Positions 23,485 through 35,029 are shown, numbered from the whole stretch's first letter. The stretch: 61,978 nucleotides of DNA, filler included, from 11 parts of 11 records of this genome joined end to end with filler, not necessarily neighbours in it, one strand, 5' to 3'. The notes: generated from the sequence alone by a model not told the origin. Made by a program: numbers and translations.

Positions 23485-26400
23485 TCAATCAACTTTAATT
23501 GATATCTTTTTCAAAACATTAATTTTTACCGGTCCCATCAATCCGGAGGCTGGCAAAGGCTTGAAACCAAATTCTCTTGGAAGCCGGTTAGAATAAGATG
23601 TGGTGCCCGCGCCAAACCGGGAAACAAGTTCTTCAGGTACCGGGATTGGTTTTTCTAAAGCAGAAACCCTGTTTACAAGTGTGTTTGTCACAAAAACAAC
23701 AAGACGATTTTTACCTGCGTTGACGTTTCCGGTAATATCCAGTTTTTGTCCGCGCATCCAGATCGTACCCGCCTCGACGCCATTGAGTTCCACTTTTGCG
23801 ATATTTCCAACCTTGCCCAGATCCAGCTCTAACTTTTTGTCTTTTGATATATATTCTTCCGGCACATAAAAATCCAGCTCATATCGACCAGTTCCGCTAA
23901 AATGCTTTGTCTGTGGATCTTTCGTCCAGTCAGAGAGGACATTACATTTTTTCTCCACACGCGGAAAATGTCGACCCTCCAATGTCAGCATCCAGTCTCC
24001 TGATATCACCAAGGGCGCAGGAATGTCTGTCACCATCTCTGTAAGGATTCCAGAATTCTCCTGCGACATTTGAACCTGATACAAACCATTCTCTGCAGCA
24101 AGTGCCTCAACGACATTATCTGTTATATTTGTAATTTCGCTCAAATTGGTCATTTCGACATGCGGCTGATCCTGTTTAGGCTCAAAAATCAGGAACATGG
24201 ACTCATAAGGGGCCAGATTCAATGGTACTTTTATTCCATTCTCTGTGTCCTCATAAAGAAAGACCTGAGATACCTGACCATTATAAGGATCCCACTGCCA
24301 TACAGCTCTGTCTTTAACACGAAACGTGACAGGTATCGTACTTTTTCTATCCTGAATATTGGTTACAAAATAGATATCCGCATCCTGCAATTTTCGGTGC
24401 ATAAAGGTTAAACCTTTATTTTTTCGAATCCCTTCATAGGCAAAGTCGATGCCAAAATCCGGTGCTATATATTGGCGCAAGGTATTTACAAATGGATCCA
24501 GTGCACTGCTGCGCCAGTCCCACCAAATCTGACGGTTAATAACCTGTTTAATAAAGTGCGTGTGTCCAGTTCCATAACTCTTTGGACCAGTACCATCACG
24601 GCCACGAGGTTCCTCAAACAACTCCAAAGCCAGATTTTTAACCAATTCATCCTTTTGAGTATAGTCGGAAAATCCGGTCGAAGAATCCGGTATCCTTTCC
24701 AGGGCGATCACGGTACCGCCTTTTGAAATATATCTTTTTATAAACTGCATCGTCTCCAGAGGCAATGACGTAATATTGGGAAGCAAGAGCACTTTATATT
24801 CCATATTACGTATTTTAATATGGCCATTTTCAATGCTGGCGATATTTTGCAGGGCGTCATCATTCAAAAGATCATAATCATATCCATTCGAAATTAAAAG
24901 ATCCCCTAATTCGCCCCAATAAAACTCACGCGTCCATTTACGGGGATTCAAAACATCCAGCGTCCACTGATTAGCAAGCGGCGAATAGATTGCAATATCC
25001 GGTGCAAAATCACCCTGACGCAACATATAACTACAGCGGCCGACATAATCGGCAAGCAGCGGATAATAATCCCACCACACATTAGGATGACTGATCCTGG
25101 CAGCAAATCCAATAGTCCGTGATGGAGCGATATCATGTTCAGGTGAATAGCAGTAGCCATGATTATAAAACTTTGTTGCCCCGCAGCGCAAATAACCATC
25201 ACTGGCAATTTTCAGTTCTTCCAGGGTTGCCCTGTAGCGTTCAAAATGCATGAATGTGTATGCTTCTGTCGATATGACATCCCGGCCATAAATATGCGCA
25301 CCTGAGGCAACATATTTTTTCGGTCCGATCCGGTTATCAAACCAGTGCATGGCATCTTTTTCACCAGCGGTGATTTCCATTTCCGGGATATGCGTTACAC
25401 CAGATGCTTCAAGATTGTCTGTGGGAAATCCATAAGCCTGAATCCGACCTTTGACGCCATGCGCTTCACACCACCCCAGGAAAGTATCAAAAAAGACGTC
25501 CAGACCCGTATGGTGTAAAAACTCATTGACATCGTACCTGATTTTCGGTGAAATATCTCCCACCTGCCACCAAATTGCCGGTAGGTATGGCGTCAGGTCA
25601 TAACCCTTAAATTGTTTAAACTCATCCAGCAAATCCGTGCTCCAATAGATGCCGCTGGCAGCATTGACTAATTCAAAACTGTCGCAAAAAAACGAATCCA
25701 CTGTTTTACCAAACTCTTTGCCAATAGCTTTATAAAATTTGCCACCCAGATAGTCACAATATCTTTGCATGGCCGCTTTATTAAAATGATCCACAGCATC
25801 ACCCTGCTCGGTATATTTTAACCAAAACGCCATGACCCGCCAATGCCCTTTTGGCACATCCCATTGCAAAACATTGCCTTCAACATTCGGTGTGAGCACT
25901 ATAAGCGATTTCTCTTCAATTTGATTGTCTGTCAGTTTCCCGGCCACGACAGCTAACAATTTTTCATTTCCGGCAAGAAAAGGCGTATAATGTTCCCAGG
26001 AACGTTTGGTTTTGGTGAGTTTTGTCGGGAGCACACCACGAAAGGTTTGCGGTCCAACCAGGTCGAGTGATGTGGGCACCATATCTTTCATCCGGTCCTC
26101 TTGTGGAACCCATTCCCCGCCAATAATCCAGCCCGGACCACCAAAATTCAACGATACTTCCAGCCCCAGTCGTTTGGCTTCTTTGACGGTGTGTTTGATC
26201 ATATCGAGAAATTCATCGGACATGTAGGGGATATTGCCCTTTTCATAAACTTCACCCATGGTGATTTGTTCTACACCACCCATACCATGGGATTGCATCT
26301 GTTCCAGTTCCCAGGTGATCTCTTTTTTGGTTACAGGATTACCCATCCACCACCATCGCGTATGTGGCCGGCAATCCATGGGTGGATTGAGAAAGTTGGA

Positions 26401-26499
26401 TTTTAACTTTTCAGTTGTCTCTTTCTCCAGGGCATTTGCTGACGACATTTGTAAAAATAAAAAAACGAATAACATTAAAGCGTGATTGAGCTTTTTCAT
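23485..26499 (-). CDS. Secreted glycoside hydrolase, GH106 (alpha-L-rhamnosidase)-like
   Basis: Signal peptide, FLNPP..RPHTRWWWMG, FFCDSFE and C-terminal SGLMGPV. Confidence 0.8.
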   Translation of the reverse strand: MKKLNHALMLFVFLFLQMSSANALEKETTEKLKSNFLNPPMDCRPHTRWWWMGNPVTKKEITWELEQMQSHGMGGVEQITMGEVYEKGNIPYMSDEFLDMIKHTVKEAKRLGLEVSLNFGGPGWIIGGEWVPQEDRMKDMVPTSLDLVGPQTFRGVLPTKLTKTKRSWEHYTPFLAGNEKLLAVVAGKLTDNQIEEKSLIVLTPNVEGNVLQWDVPKGHWRVMAFWLKYTEQGDAVDHFNKAAMQRYCDYLGGKFYKAIGKEFGKTVDSFFCDSFELVNAASGIYWSTDLLDEFKQFKGYDLTPYLPAIWWQVGDISPKIRYDVNEFLHHTGLDVFFDTFLGWCEAHGVKGRIQAYGFPTDNLEASGVTHIPEMEITAGEKDAMHWFDNRIGPKKYVASGAHIYGRDVISTEAYTFMHFERYRATLEELKIASDGYLRCGATKFYNHGYCYSPEHDIAPSRTIGFAARISHPNVWWDYYPLLADYVGRCSYMLRQGDFAPDIAIYSPLANQWTLDVLNPRKWTREFYWGELGDLLISNGYDYDLLNDDALQNIASIENGHIKIRNMEYKVLLLPNITSLPLETMQFIKRYISKGGTVIALERIPDSSTGFSDYTQKDELVKNLALELFEEPRGRDGTGPKSYGTGHTHFIKQVINRQIWWDWRSSALDPFVNTLRQYIAPDFGIDFAYEGIRKNKGLTFMHRKLQDADIYFVTNIQDRKSTIPVTFRVKDRAVWQWDPYNGQVSQVFLYEDTENGIKVPLNLAPYESMFLIFEPKQDQPHVEMTNLSEITNITDNVVEALAAENGLYQVQMSQENSGILTEMVTDIPAPLVISGDWMLTLEGRHFPRVEKKCNVLSDWTKDPQTKHFSGTGRYELDFYVPEEYISKDKKLELDLGKVGNIAKVELNGVEAGTIWMRGQKLDITGNVNAGKNRLVVFVTNTLVNRVSALEKPIPVPEELVSRFGAGTTSYSNRLPREFGFKPLPASGLMGPVKINVLKKISIKVD

Positions 26500-26743
26500 A
26501 TTTTTTCCCTTATTTTGATCGCCAAGGGGATGGAATCTTTGAGCGATCAGTGGTCCAACTCCGGGCAAGGTGCTAAAGCACCTTGTTTGATTTTTATAAT
26601 CGCCCCGGGAATTCTCCCGGGGTGTAAAATGAATCAGGGCATTNNNNNNNNNNNNNNNNNNNNNNNNNNNNNNNNNNNNNNNNNNNNTTAATTAATTAAN
26701 NNNNNNNNNNNNNNNNNNNNNNNNNNNNNNNNNNNNNNNNNNN

Positions 26744-28082
26744 GGGCTTCTTTAACATCCTTGTGCTTAGTTGAAAGCTGCCCAAGGAACACAGCAGAGA
26801 GCGGTCGGAACACATACAGGAACGAGCCTATGCTTCCGAAGAACGCAGCACCTGCAACGAATATCATTCCATTTTTTATCATCGACTGGAACAGCATCCA
26901 CTTGGATATAAAACCTGCCATGGGCGGTATGCCTGCCATCGATATGATTGCTATAAGGTATACTAAGTATGTCAGCGGCATCCTGTGTATCAGCCCGCCA
27001 AGCTCGCTCATCTTTGTAGTACCCGTTCGGTACGATACCGCAGCAGCCGCAAGAAACGCAGCAGCCGAAGCAAACGCATGAGCGAATATATGCATCATTG
27101 CTCCGCCGAAACTTAATGCGTCGAGCATGCCAAGACCTATGAGTATATAACCGCCGTTAGCGACAGAAGAATATGCAATAAGCTTCTTGAAATCCTCCTG
27201 TTTTATCGCCATCAGCGTACCTATTACAATACTTATTGCGCCTAATATAACCAATGCGTAGTTCGGCAACGGCATACCGAGCGGTTTACCTAAAAGCTCC
27301 AGATTAGCCGCAAACGCTTTGGCGGACGGCATGACAGCAGTTATCAGAAGAACTGCGAAACCACCGACTTTAACGAGCCCGCCCGACAATATCGGCGAGA
27401 ACGTATCCGGTGCGTTACCGTGAGCTTTTGGCAGCCACAGATGGAACGGGAACACGCCTATCTTAACCAGCCCCGCTATACCTATCGTAATGAATGTAAC
27501 TATCGCAAGCGTCGGGTCGAGAGCCGCCTTGGCAAGCGCAGCCTGTATCTCGAACGTACCTGTCTTTGCATACAGGAACATTATTCCGAACAGCATGGTC
27601 AGTGAACCGAACACCGAGAACGCATAGTATACTACAGATGCTTTTCTCGATTTACCGAACGGTATAATGAACATCGAAGACCAAACTATCATCTCCCAGA
27701 ATATGAACAGCCCTATGAAATCCTTTGCCGCAAATGCGCCGAGTGTTCCGAGCAGCGCCAGCAGATAAAGCATGTTGTAGGAAGCCGGGTGGATTATCTT
27801 CTTCATCCAATAGATGTTGAAAAACGATACACAGGCAAACACAACGAGCATTATCATTGAGAAGAACCATCCGTACTCTGTCAGTTTAAAGTCCATAAAC
27901 AGCACACGGTACGTCGTTCCGACATCGCTTTTCATCAGGTACATGGCAGCAAGCGCCGCAAGCGATGCAACTACTGTCACCCATGCTCCAAGTGTTTTAT
28001 TTATCTTTGTTAGCAAGTATGCCAGCAGAGAACAAACGAGCAGCCCTGCGATGATCCAGCTTAAATCAAGTTGAATGCCCAT
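26744..28082 (-). CDS. Proton-translocating antiporter-like subunit (MrpD/MbxH'/NuoM-like), 3' truncated
   Basis: FIFWE, PFHLWLPKAHG, KKLIAYSS and AGIPPMAGFISKW. Confidence 0.88.
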
Positions 28083-29519
28083 TTACATACCTCCTATACT
28101 TTGTTTTATAAATGTCAGGAAATCTGTCCCGACAGGTGCACTTATGTTGGAAAGCGCAATCACACCGGCTGCGATTATCACAAGAGCTATAATAACCGAA
28201 GTTATTTCGACTCTTGCGCATCCGTTTAGTGAATAGCCCCCAAGCATCTCTTTTGAAGGCTTTTCGCCTTCCTCGCCGGGGTTCCACAGTTTTGTCAGCA
28301 TGCGCACAAAGTATGCGCCTTCAACCGCTGCCATCAGCAGTATTACAATCGGCAGCCATATGTTGCCGGTATTGAACAGCGCTATAATTGCATTAGCTTT
28401 AGCTGCGAATCCGAAGAACAGCGGAATACCTATCAGCGACATCGAAGCCACCGTGAAACCTATGCCTATCATAGGGTATTTGGAGAAAACGCCTTTTAGT
28501 TCATCTATGTTGTCTGTTCCAAGGTCGCTTGCAAGTTTGCCTGCGATTATGAACAGCACGAGCTTCGATACAACGTTGCTTATTAGTATCAGTACCGCCG
28601 GCAGTATCAACCCGTTCAGGAACAGTACAACAGCAAGCGCCGACTGGGCTATGCTTGAGAACAGCAGTGTTTCACGCATGTTCTTCTTAGCAAACGCCGT
28701 TGCTTCTGCGAACACAAGCGTTGCCGCTGCGACGACCGAGAACGCTATCAGCAAACCGCCCTCCGGTACAAACACTGTGCCTAATATACGCCCGAACAGC
28801 ATCACCATTGCAAGCGCATAAGCCGAGAGTATCGTCGTGCCGACAAGCGGGTTAGCGTTTTTCAGCACGCCTTTCACCCATCCGCCGAACGGTATGAGCT
28901 TCGTTTCTACAGACAGTCCTGCAAACATCAGTACCATCGGGAGTACAAGCGCACCCTGAACAGGGTAAGATGTAATCAGTAACTTGCCGTGAATGTCAGT
29001 CAGGTTCAGCGAACCGAATATATTATAGATCAGTATGATGCCGAACAGGAAAAGCCCGGACGCCATCGTGCCTATAACGAGGTAGTTGAACGTGTGCTTA
29101 AACCCTTTGCTCTGTGTCGTAAGTATATACGCAGCTATCGCAGCTATCTCCATGAACACGAACATATTAAACAGGTCGTTCGTCAATATCAAGCCGTTAA
29201 GCGCTGCCATAGCGATAGATACTACTATAGAGTACTTGCCTATGTGTTTATATGACATGAGCAGTATAAGCGCAAACACCACATTCAGAATGATTATGCC
29301 TGCAAGTGAGTAACCATCCAGCAGCAGGCTTATGCCAAACGGCGGTTTAAATCCACCTATCGTTATTACCTGCTCACCCTGATAAAGAACTGCTATTATT
29401 ACGCTCACAGCAACGTTTAGCAGAGCAGCTACCGCAAGCAGCGCTTTGTCTATTTTCTTTAAGAACACGGCAAGCAGTGCCGCAAGCAATGGAATGGCTA
29501 TCAAGAATACTGGATTCAT
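28083..29519 (-). CDS. MrpD/MnhD (MbhH)-like subunit
   Basis: DLFNMFVFMEI and GIPLFFGFAAK; multi-TM. Confidence 0.85.
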   Translation of the reverse strand: MNPVFLIAIPLLAALLAVFLKKIDKALLAVAALLNVAVSVIIAVLYQGEQVITIGGFKPPFGISLLLDGYSLAGIIILNVVFALILLMSYKHIGKYSIVVSIAMAALNGLILTNDLFNMFVFMEIAAIAAYILTTQSKGFKHTFNYLVIGTMASGLFLFGIILIYNIFGSLNLTDIHGKLLITSYPVQGALVLPMVLMFAGLSVETKLIPFGGWVKGVLKNANPLVGTTILSAYALAMVMLFGRILGTVFVPEGGLLIAFSVVAAATLVFAEATAFAKKNMRETLLFSSIAQSALAVVLFLNGLILPAVLILISNVVSKLVLFIIAGKLASDLGTDNIDELKGVFSKYPMIGIGFTVASMSLIGIPLFFGFAAKANAIIALFNTGNIWLPIVILLMAAVEGAYFVRMLTKLWNPGEEGEKPSKEMLGGYSLNGCARVEITSVIIALVIIAAGVIALSNISAPVGTDFLTFIKQSIGGM

Positions 29520-29520
29520 A

Positions 29521-29856
29521 TTATTTGCCCTCCATTTCGTCTAAATTGTATGTTCCGTACTTCTGGTGCATCTTTCTTGCGAGAACCAGCGCAAACGCCG
29601 TTATACCGACACCGATAACGATTGATGTCAGCACAAGTGCCTGAGGAAGAGGATCTACATAAAGAAGTGCGGAAGTATTGTTCTGTGACGTCAGTATCGG
29701 CGCTAAGCCATCCTTCACAAATCCCACCGAGATGATGAAAACATTGAGACCCACCTCGAATATGTTCAGCGACACTATCAGTTTTATTGCATTCTTCTGT
29801 GTCAGCAGTCCGTATATGCCGATCAAAAACAGTGCTATCGAAAAATATTGAATCAT
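29521..29856 (-). CDS. mnhC: MrpC/MnhC subunit
   Basis: VDPLPQALVLTSIVIG. Confidence 0.92.
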   Translation of the reverse strand: MIQYFSIALFLIGIYGLLTQKNAIKLIVSLNIFEVGLNVFIISVGFVKDGLAPILTSQNNTSALLYVDPLPQALVLTSIVIGVGITAFALVLARKMHQKYGTYNLDEMEGK

Positions 29857-30611
29857 TCTTCCACCTCCTCTGTTGCAAAACCGGCTACCACACCAGATAT
29901 CTCGCTGCCAACTTTTAAACCGATAAGTATGTAAACTATCGGTATCAGACCAGCGCTTAATAAGTCTCCGACAGTTCCGGTCGGCAGGAAGTTTACGAGG
30001 AAGTATCCGCCTATAGCGATTCCAAGCAGACCGATCACTACATACAGCGAGCCTGCAAGACCTTCAGTAACTTTGAATGCGTTAAGCTTAGTCTTGAATT
30101 CGTTATCGGCGATATACAGAAGCAGTATCGCAGCAGCGATTATCGTACCGCCCGGAAAACCGCCGCCAGGTGTAAGATGTCCGTGAGTTAACATATAGAT
30201 ACCGAACACCATCATTATCCCGAACACTACACGTGCTCCATGCTTTAATATAAAGCTTGGTGCATGTGCGAACATCTGACGTTTTCTCTTACCGCTAAGC
30301 AGCAGACCAACACCGAAAGCTGAGATGAACAGCACTGTTACTTCGCCAAGTGTATCGAACGAACGGTAGTTTACAACAACCGAAGTTACCATGTTGGCAG
30401 AGCCTGTTTCCTCGCCAGTCGATTCTCCGTATACTACGGTGTCGTTGTCGCCCGTTACGTTCTTATCTACAAAAGACTGTGATACTCTATCGCTTAAGTC
30501 CACGTCGCCGTATGCGTTGAAGGTAAGCGGGCCGTTGTCAGTAAAGTATAAAGCTATGAAGATGAAAACTCCTATTGCAGCAATAAGCAGTATTGATACT
30601 ACTTTCTTCAT
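29853..30611 (-). CDS. mnhB: MnhB-domain subunit
   Basis: NYRSFDTLGE and HGHLTPGGGFPGG. Confidence 0.9.
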   Translation of the reverse strand: MKKVVSILLIAAIGVFIFIALYFTDNGPLTFNAYGDVDLSDRVSQSFVDKNVTGDNDTVVYGESTGEETGSANMVTSVVVNYRSFDTLGEVTVLFISAFGVGLLLSGKRKRQMFAHAPSFILKHGARVVFGIMMVFGIYMLTHGHLTPGGGFPGGTIIAAAILLLYIADNEFKTKLNAFKVTEGLAGSLYVVIGLLGIAIGGYFLVNFLPTGTVGDLLSAGLIPIVYILIGLKVGSEISGVVAGFATEEVEE

Positions 30612-30861
30612 TTGTTCTCACCCTCTTTCTTCTTTATGAAGAGCGTGAATACAAACAGCGCAGTCACCAGGCCGGAGCCTATAACAGCCTCAGTTATTGC
30701 AACATCCGGCGCTTTCATAACTACGAAAACTACCACCGCAAGCAGACTGAGTATCGAGAGGAATATTACGGAAGTGATGAGCTTTTTGATTGTATTGCTA
30801 TGACGGCGAAAACCAGCATCAATACTCCCACAGAAATCTCAAGTATATCAAGCATTGTCAT
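30608..30861 (-). CDS. DUF4040/MbhD-like small subunit, frameshift near 30785
   Basis: KAPDVAITEAVIGSGL motif in the frame after the A-run. Confidence 0.7.
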
Positions 30862-31173
30862 TGCTGCTCTCCTCCTTTCCTTGTTTGCCTTGTTTAACGT
30901 ACTGGGACGCTCCGGTTTTGTATGCGGCTCTTGCAAGCACAGAACTACCGACCGGATTTGTAATAGCAATAAATACGATTATCAGAGCTATCTTTACGAG
31001 CCAGCCCGGGTAAGCTATACCGACTCCAAGTATTAGTGAAAAAGCTCCGAGCGTTGTTGCTTTTGTTCCGGCTTGTATGCGGTTGAATACATCCGGCATA
31101 CGGAAGACCCCGAAGCCCCCAGTGCCAAAAAAGCACCGCCTATTATCATCAATATACTGGATGCTATATTCAT
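30848..31173 (-). CDS. mnhG: MrpG/MnhG subunit, frameshift near 31110
   Basis: MPDVFNRIQAGTKATTLG and TNPVGSSVLARAAY. Confidence 0.85.
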
Positions 31174-31424
31174 TTTCTACCCTCCAAAAATCTTGCGAAC
31201 ACTATAGTCTCAAGGAATGAGAGTATGCCGTATGCAAGAGCGATATCAAGGTATAATTCGTTCTTGAAAAAGAAAGCAAGAAAGACAATGAGCGCAGTGA
31301 CGATAACGTTGAATGTATCAAGAGCAACGACCCTGTCAAAAGCCGTCCGTCCGATTATCAGCCTCAGCGTAGAAAAAAGGATGCCTATACCCACAAGTGA
31401 AAAAACAACGATATTAATTATCAT
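31170..31424 (-). CDS. mnhF: MrpF/MnhF subunit
   Basis: GRTAFDRVVALD and YLDIALAYGILSF. Confidence 0.85.
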   Translation of the reverse strand: MIINIVVFSLVGIGILFSTLRLIIGRTAFDRVVALDTFNVIVTALIVFLAFFFKNELYLDIALAYGILSFLETIVFARFLEGRK

Positions 31425-31904
31425 TTTTCTTCCCCCTAATATGTTTTCAAAGCTTTGCGAAATCTGCTCTTTATACTCCTGTCCGGTTTCTCCTTTGGCA
31501 TTTACCCAGTGGACAAGCACGCCGTCTTCCTCTACATCAAGTGAAAGAGTACCAGGTGTAAGCGTTATTGAGTTTGCAAGTATAAGCTTTGAAAAATCAT
31601 CTTTAAGATTAGTCGGTACTTTTACGATTTTAGGGTTGATAGGCAGTTTGGGGCTGAGTACCCTGTACGCCATATCAAGGTTTGCAAGTACAAGCTTGTA
31701 GATGAATACTGGTATGTACACGAACACAAACTTTACTAGCTGCCATACTATCTTGATACCGAATGAGTAGTTCACATACTTTGAGATAATGAGTGAAAGT
31801 ATCAGCGCCACAACTGCACCGAGCACTACTTCCATCCACTCAAAGCCTGCGATAAGCACCCATATCAGCAGCAAAACAAGAAATGTCGAGATTACCTTTT
31901 TCAT
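31421..31904 (-). CDS. mnhE: MrpE/MnhE subunit (appears fused to mnhF in the assembly)
   Basis: LANSITLTPGTLSLD. Confidence 0.88.
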
Positions 31905-32327
31905 TTACGCTCCTTCTTTCTTTATTATTAATACGATTGGGCCATTGTTAAAGCAAACAATTTACGATGTTCTTCACATCTTCGTTTACAACATAATAAT
32001 TAACTTCCGTGCCATTGCGCCTTCCCTCAACTATCCCTGCACTTTTCAGCTTCNNNNNNNNNNNNNNNNNNNNNNNNNNNNNNNNNNNNNNNNNNNNTTA
32101 ATTAATTAANNNNNNNNNNNNNNNNNNNNNNNNNNNNNNNNNNNNNNNNNNNNATTTGGCGCTTGTGCCGGACGGAAGGATCTTTATCATCCACAGCTCC
32201 TGCTTCCAGAAACAGCATACCTGCCGGACCTTATTGCGGCCAGTACCGCCCGGAAGCTCCTAAAAATGCAGTTTTTCGGCCCTTCTGGCGGCTGCTATTG
32301 CGATTGTATGCCGATAAATCTAGTATC

Positions 32328-33668
32328 ATGAATAAGCGAATGAAACGCCGTATTTTTTTTCTGATTCATATCGCCCTCGCCGCCTGTTTCCTTCAGGCCC
32401 AGGACTCGAGCTGGGAATGGGAAGCTGCCAAGGCCGATTCATTCTTCTATTCCGGCGAATATGACGCCGCCTGGCTGTTCTACGAAAGGGCCATGACCGC
32501 CGGCGTTGACGATGCGAAAGTTCTGTTCCGGGCCGCTGAGAGCTTCAGCCTCCAGGAAATCACAGAGAATCCTGAATTTCAGGATGCTCTCTATAATCTC
32601 TCCAACCACCTGATGCAGGTACAGTATCCCGACGATCCGGCCGCGGCCCTCGCGGAAGCGAAAGCCGATCCGGAGGTCAACGTCAATCGTCGGTATATCA
32701 GAAAAACCTTCGGAATGATCGGTGCCAAGGCGCCCAGGACCCGCAGGGATCTCAATGCCGGGTTCGTCGGAAGACTTCGCGACTATGCCTCGAACAGGAT
32801 GGAAGATCTCGCGGGGCTGATTTCCGTGCTGTTCTCTGAAGGTCCTGCGGAAGCCGTCGGCTGGGCCAGGGGACAGCTCTGGAACCTGCTCGTGGCCTAC
32901 GTCATGATCGCCCTGATCCCCGGCATCATCCTTCCCGCGGTGATGGCAGTGACCGTGGCCAGGGAAGGCCGTAAAAGTTATGTGACAGCGTACCTGTTCC
33001 TGCTGTTCTGGGGTCCCCTCGGGATTCACCGGTTCTACCTCGGACGTTTTGTCAGCGGTATCATCTGGCTGCTCACCGCCGGCCTGGCCGGCCTGGGTGT
33101 GTTCTTCGATATCTTCCTTACCGGTGCGTACATCAGATTCTGGAATGAAGACAATCGTGACGGACGGCCCTCGGCCGGAGCCCGAAGCACTGCGGGAGCC
33201 GGAGTCTCCAGAAAGGTAAAAAAGCCGAAGGCGCCTAAACCCTCCAGACAGAAGAAGGTCAAGGCGCCGAAGAAAACCAGAACACCGAAGGCCGCGAAGC
33301 CTCCGAAGCCGCCTAAAAAGAAAAAAGAAAAGGAATCCCGGGGCCGGAATAGCGCGGAAACGGCCGCTGTCGGCGCAACAGCCGCCGCCGGTATCACCGC
33401 CGCCGGAGCGGAACAGGCCGGAACCGAAGACCTGACCGGAGATCTGGATTCTCTCGCGGATCTTGATTCGGTTGCGGACGAAAGCTTCGGCATGGATGAT
33501 TTCGGAACCGGTGATCTACCGGCTGCCGACGCCCTGGGTGTCACCGCCGGAGATGACGATTTCGGGGATCTTCCCGATCTGGACCTCGACGGAGACGATT
33601 TCGATATTCCGGACGCAAGTGATGGAGGCAGTGATAATGACGAATTCGACCTGGGGTCCCTTGAGTAG
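32328..33668 (+). CDS. TM2-domain membrane protein with signal peptide, helical N-terminal domain and Lys/Pro-rich then acidic tail
   Basis: KSYVTAYLFLLFWGPLGIHRFYLG...FDIFL TM2 motif. Confidence 0.75.
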   Translation: MNKRMKRRIFFLIHIALAACFLQAQDSSWEWEAAKADSFFYSGEYDAAWLFYERAMTAGVDDAKVLFRAAESFSLQEITENPEFQDALYNLSNHLMQVQYPDDPAAALAEAKADPEVNVNRRYIRKTFGMIGAKAPRTRRDLNAGFVGRLRDYASNRMEDLAGLISVLFSEGPAEAVGWARGQLWNLLVAYVMIALIPGIILPAVMAVTVAREGRKSYVTAYLFLLFWGPLGIHRFYLGRFVSGIIWLLTAGLAGLGVFFDIFLTGAYIRFWNEDNRDGRPSAGARSTAGAGVSRKVKKPKAPKPSRQKKVKAPKKTRTPKAAKPPKPPKKKKEKESRGRNSAETAAVGATAAAGITAAGAEQAGTEDLTGDLDSLADLDSVADESFGMDDFGTGDLPAADALGVTAGDDDFGDLPDLDLDGDDFDIPDASDGGSDNDEFDLGSLE

Positions 33669-35008
33669 AAAACCGGGGACCTTAATTCTCAGGCTGGCAG
33701 CTGTCTGCATCCCTGCGGTAGCCGTTTTCCTCGTATCCTGCGCTGGTGGCGGTAGCAGCGCCAATCCCGAATGGCTGACCAGCTATCCCGCCGAACCGGG
33801 TTTTTACGTCGGCATCGGCGGAAGCAATACCGGCAACATGGCCGAGGACCGGGAATCGGCGGCGGCCAAAGCCCGGGCCGATCTGGCAGCCCAGATCTCC
33901 ACAGCGGTCAACTCCGAAATGGAAGTATACACGTCGAGTTCTACTGACGCCGGGTTCTCGGAAGCGGTCACCCAGTCAATAGGCGAGAAGGTGGAGCAGA
34001 ATCTGCAGGAGGTGGAAACTGTCGATACCTGGATGTCTCCCGAAATGGGCGCCTGGGTCTACGTCCGCCTTTCTCAAGCCAAATGGGCCGCCATCGTCAA
34101 CAGGGAAATCTCCGATCTTACCCTCAGGGCCAATACCGCTCTTCAACCCGTAGCGTCCGGCAACGTGACTGAGGCCGAAGAAATGGCTGCTCTCGGCCGG
34201 ACCAGGCAGAGCCTTCTGGAATCCCCCTGGGGCATCCGGGTGAAGGATGAGGTACTCGGAACCGGCGGTTTTCTCCTGGAAGCTGTCGACGCGGCTATCG
34301 GCAAGAGGGGCTCTGGTCTTGAGATACGCATGTCAGTATCTCCATCCAGTGTGGTGTACGGGACTGACGTCATCATCTCCGGTTCCGTCAGGTCCGGCAC
34401 CGGCAGGAATCTCGGATCCTATCCCCTGATGGTGGAGTCCTTCGGGATCGAGGCCATTCCCCTGACCACCGCTCCGGACGGCTCCTTCAGTCTCAGCCTG
34501 CCATCGAATTCCCTGGGCCTGAATACCCTGTACCTCAAAGTCACTCCCGACCTGGCCTCCTGGGGCATCCCTTCGGAACGATTCGCCGTTACCGATTCCA
34601 CCGTGGAGCTGTTCGTGGCGCCGATTCCGGTAACCTTCAGGATCGTCAACAACACCGATGCGGACCTGAAGGAGTTCAATGGGGATGTGACCGAATGGTT
34701 TTCCGACCTCGGACTGCCCGTTGCCATCAACCCTCCCGGAGAGTCGGATATGGATGTGGGAATTCTCCTGGAAGATTCAAGACTTCCCCGAATCCGATGC
34801 CGCCGGTGGACTCCGGTTCACCAATGTCAGCGCGGATATCACCATCAGCCGGGGCAGTGAGGTGGTCGCCGTCCACAGCCTGGACTTCGTAAAGGACGGT
34901 GGTCTGAACTATGAGCAAGCCAGGCAGAGAGCCGCAGATACGCTGGTCACCAACCTCGATTTCGATGATGACCTGGCCCTGGAACTGAAAGAGATAATCG
35001 ACCGCTGA
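33661..35008 (+). CDS. LPP20-family lipoprotein, probable frameshift near 34760
   Basis: Lipobox FLVSC, PEW, YVGIG and AAAKARADLAAQI. Confidence 0.7.
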
Positions 35009-35029
35009 TCTTTCTGGTCCGGTCCCGGA

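Noticed and set aside
26581-26640. Imperfect long inverted repeat centred on CCCCGGGAATTCTCCCGGGG
   Set aside because: Single copy at a contig edge; cannot distinguish a terminator from a REP-like element
31170-31904. MnhE-MnhF fusion
   Set aside because: One fewer A in the A-run gives AGA AAA TGA overlapping ATG, the same junction seen at mnhF/mnhG; likely a homopolymer error
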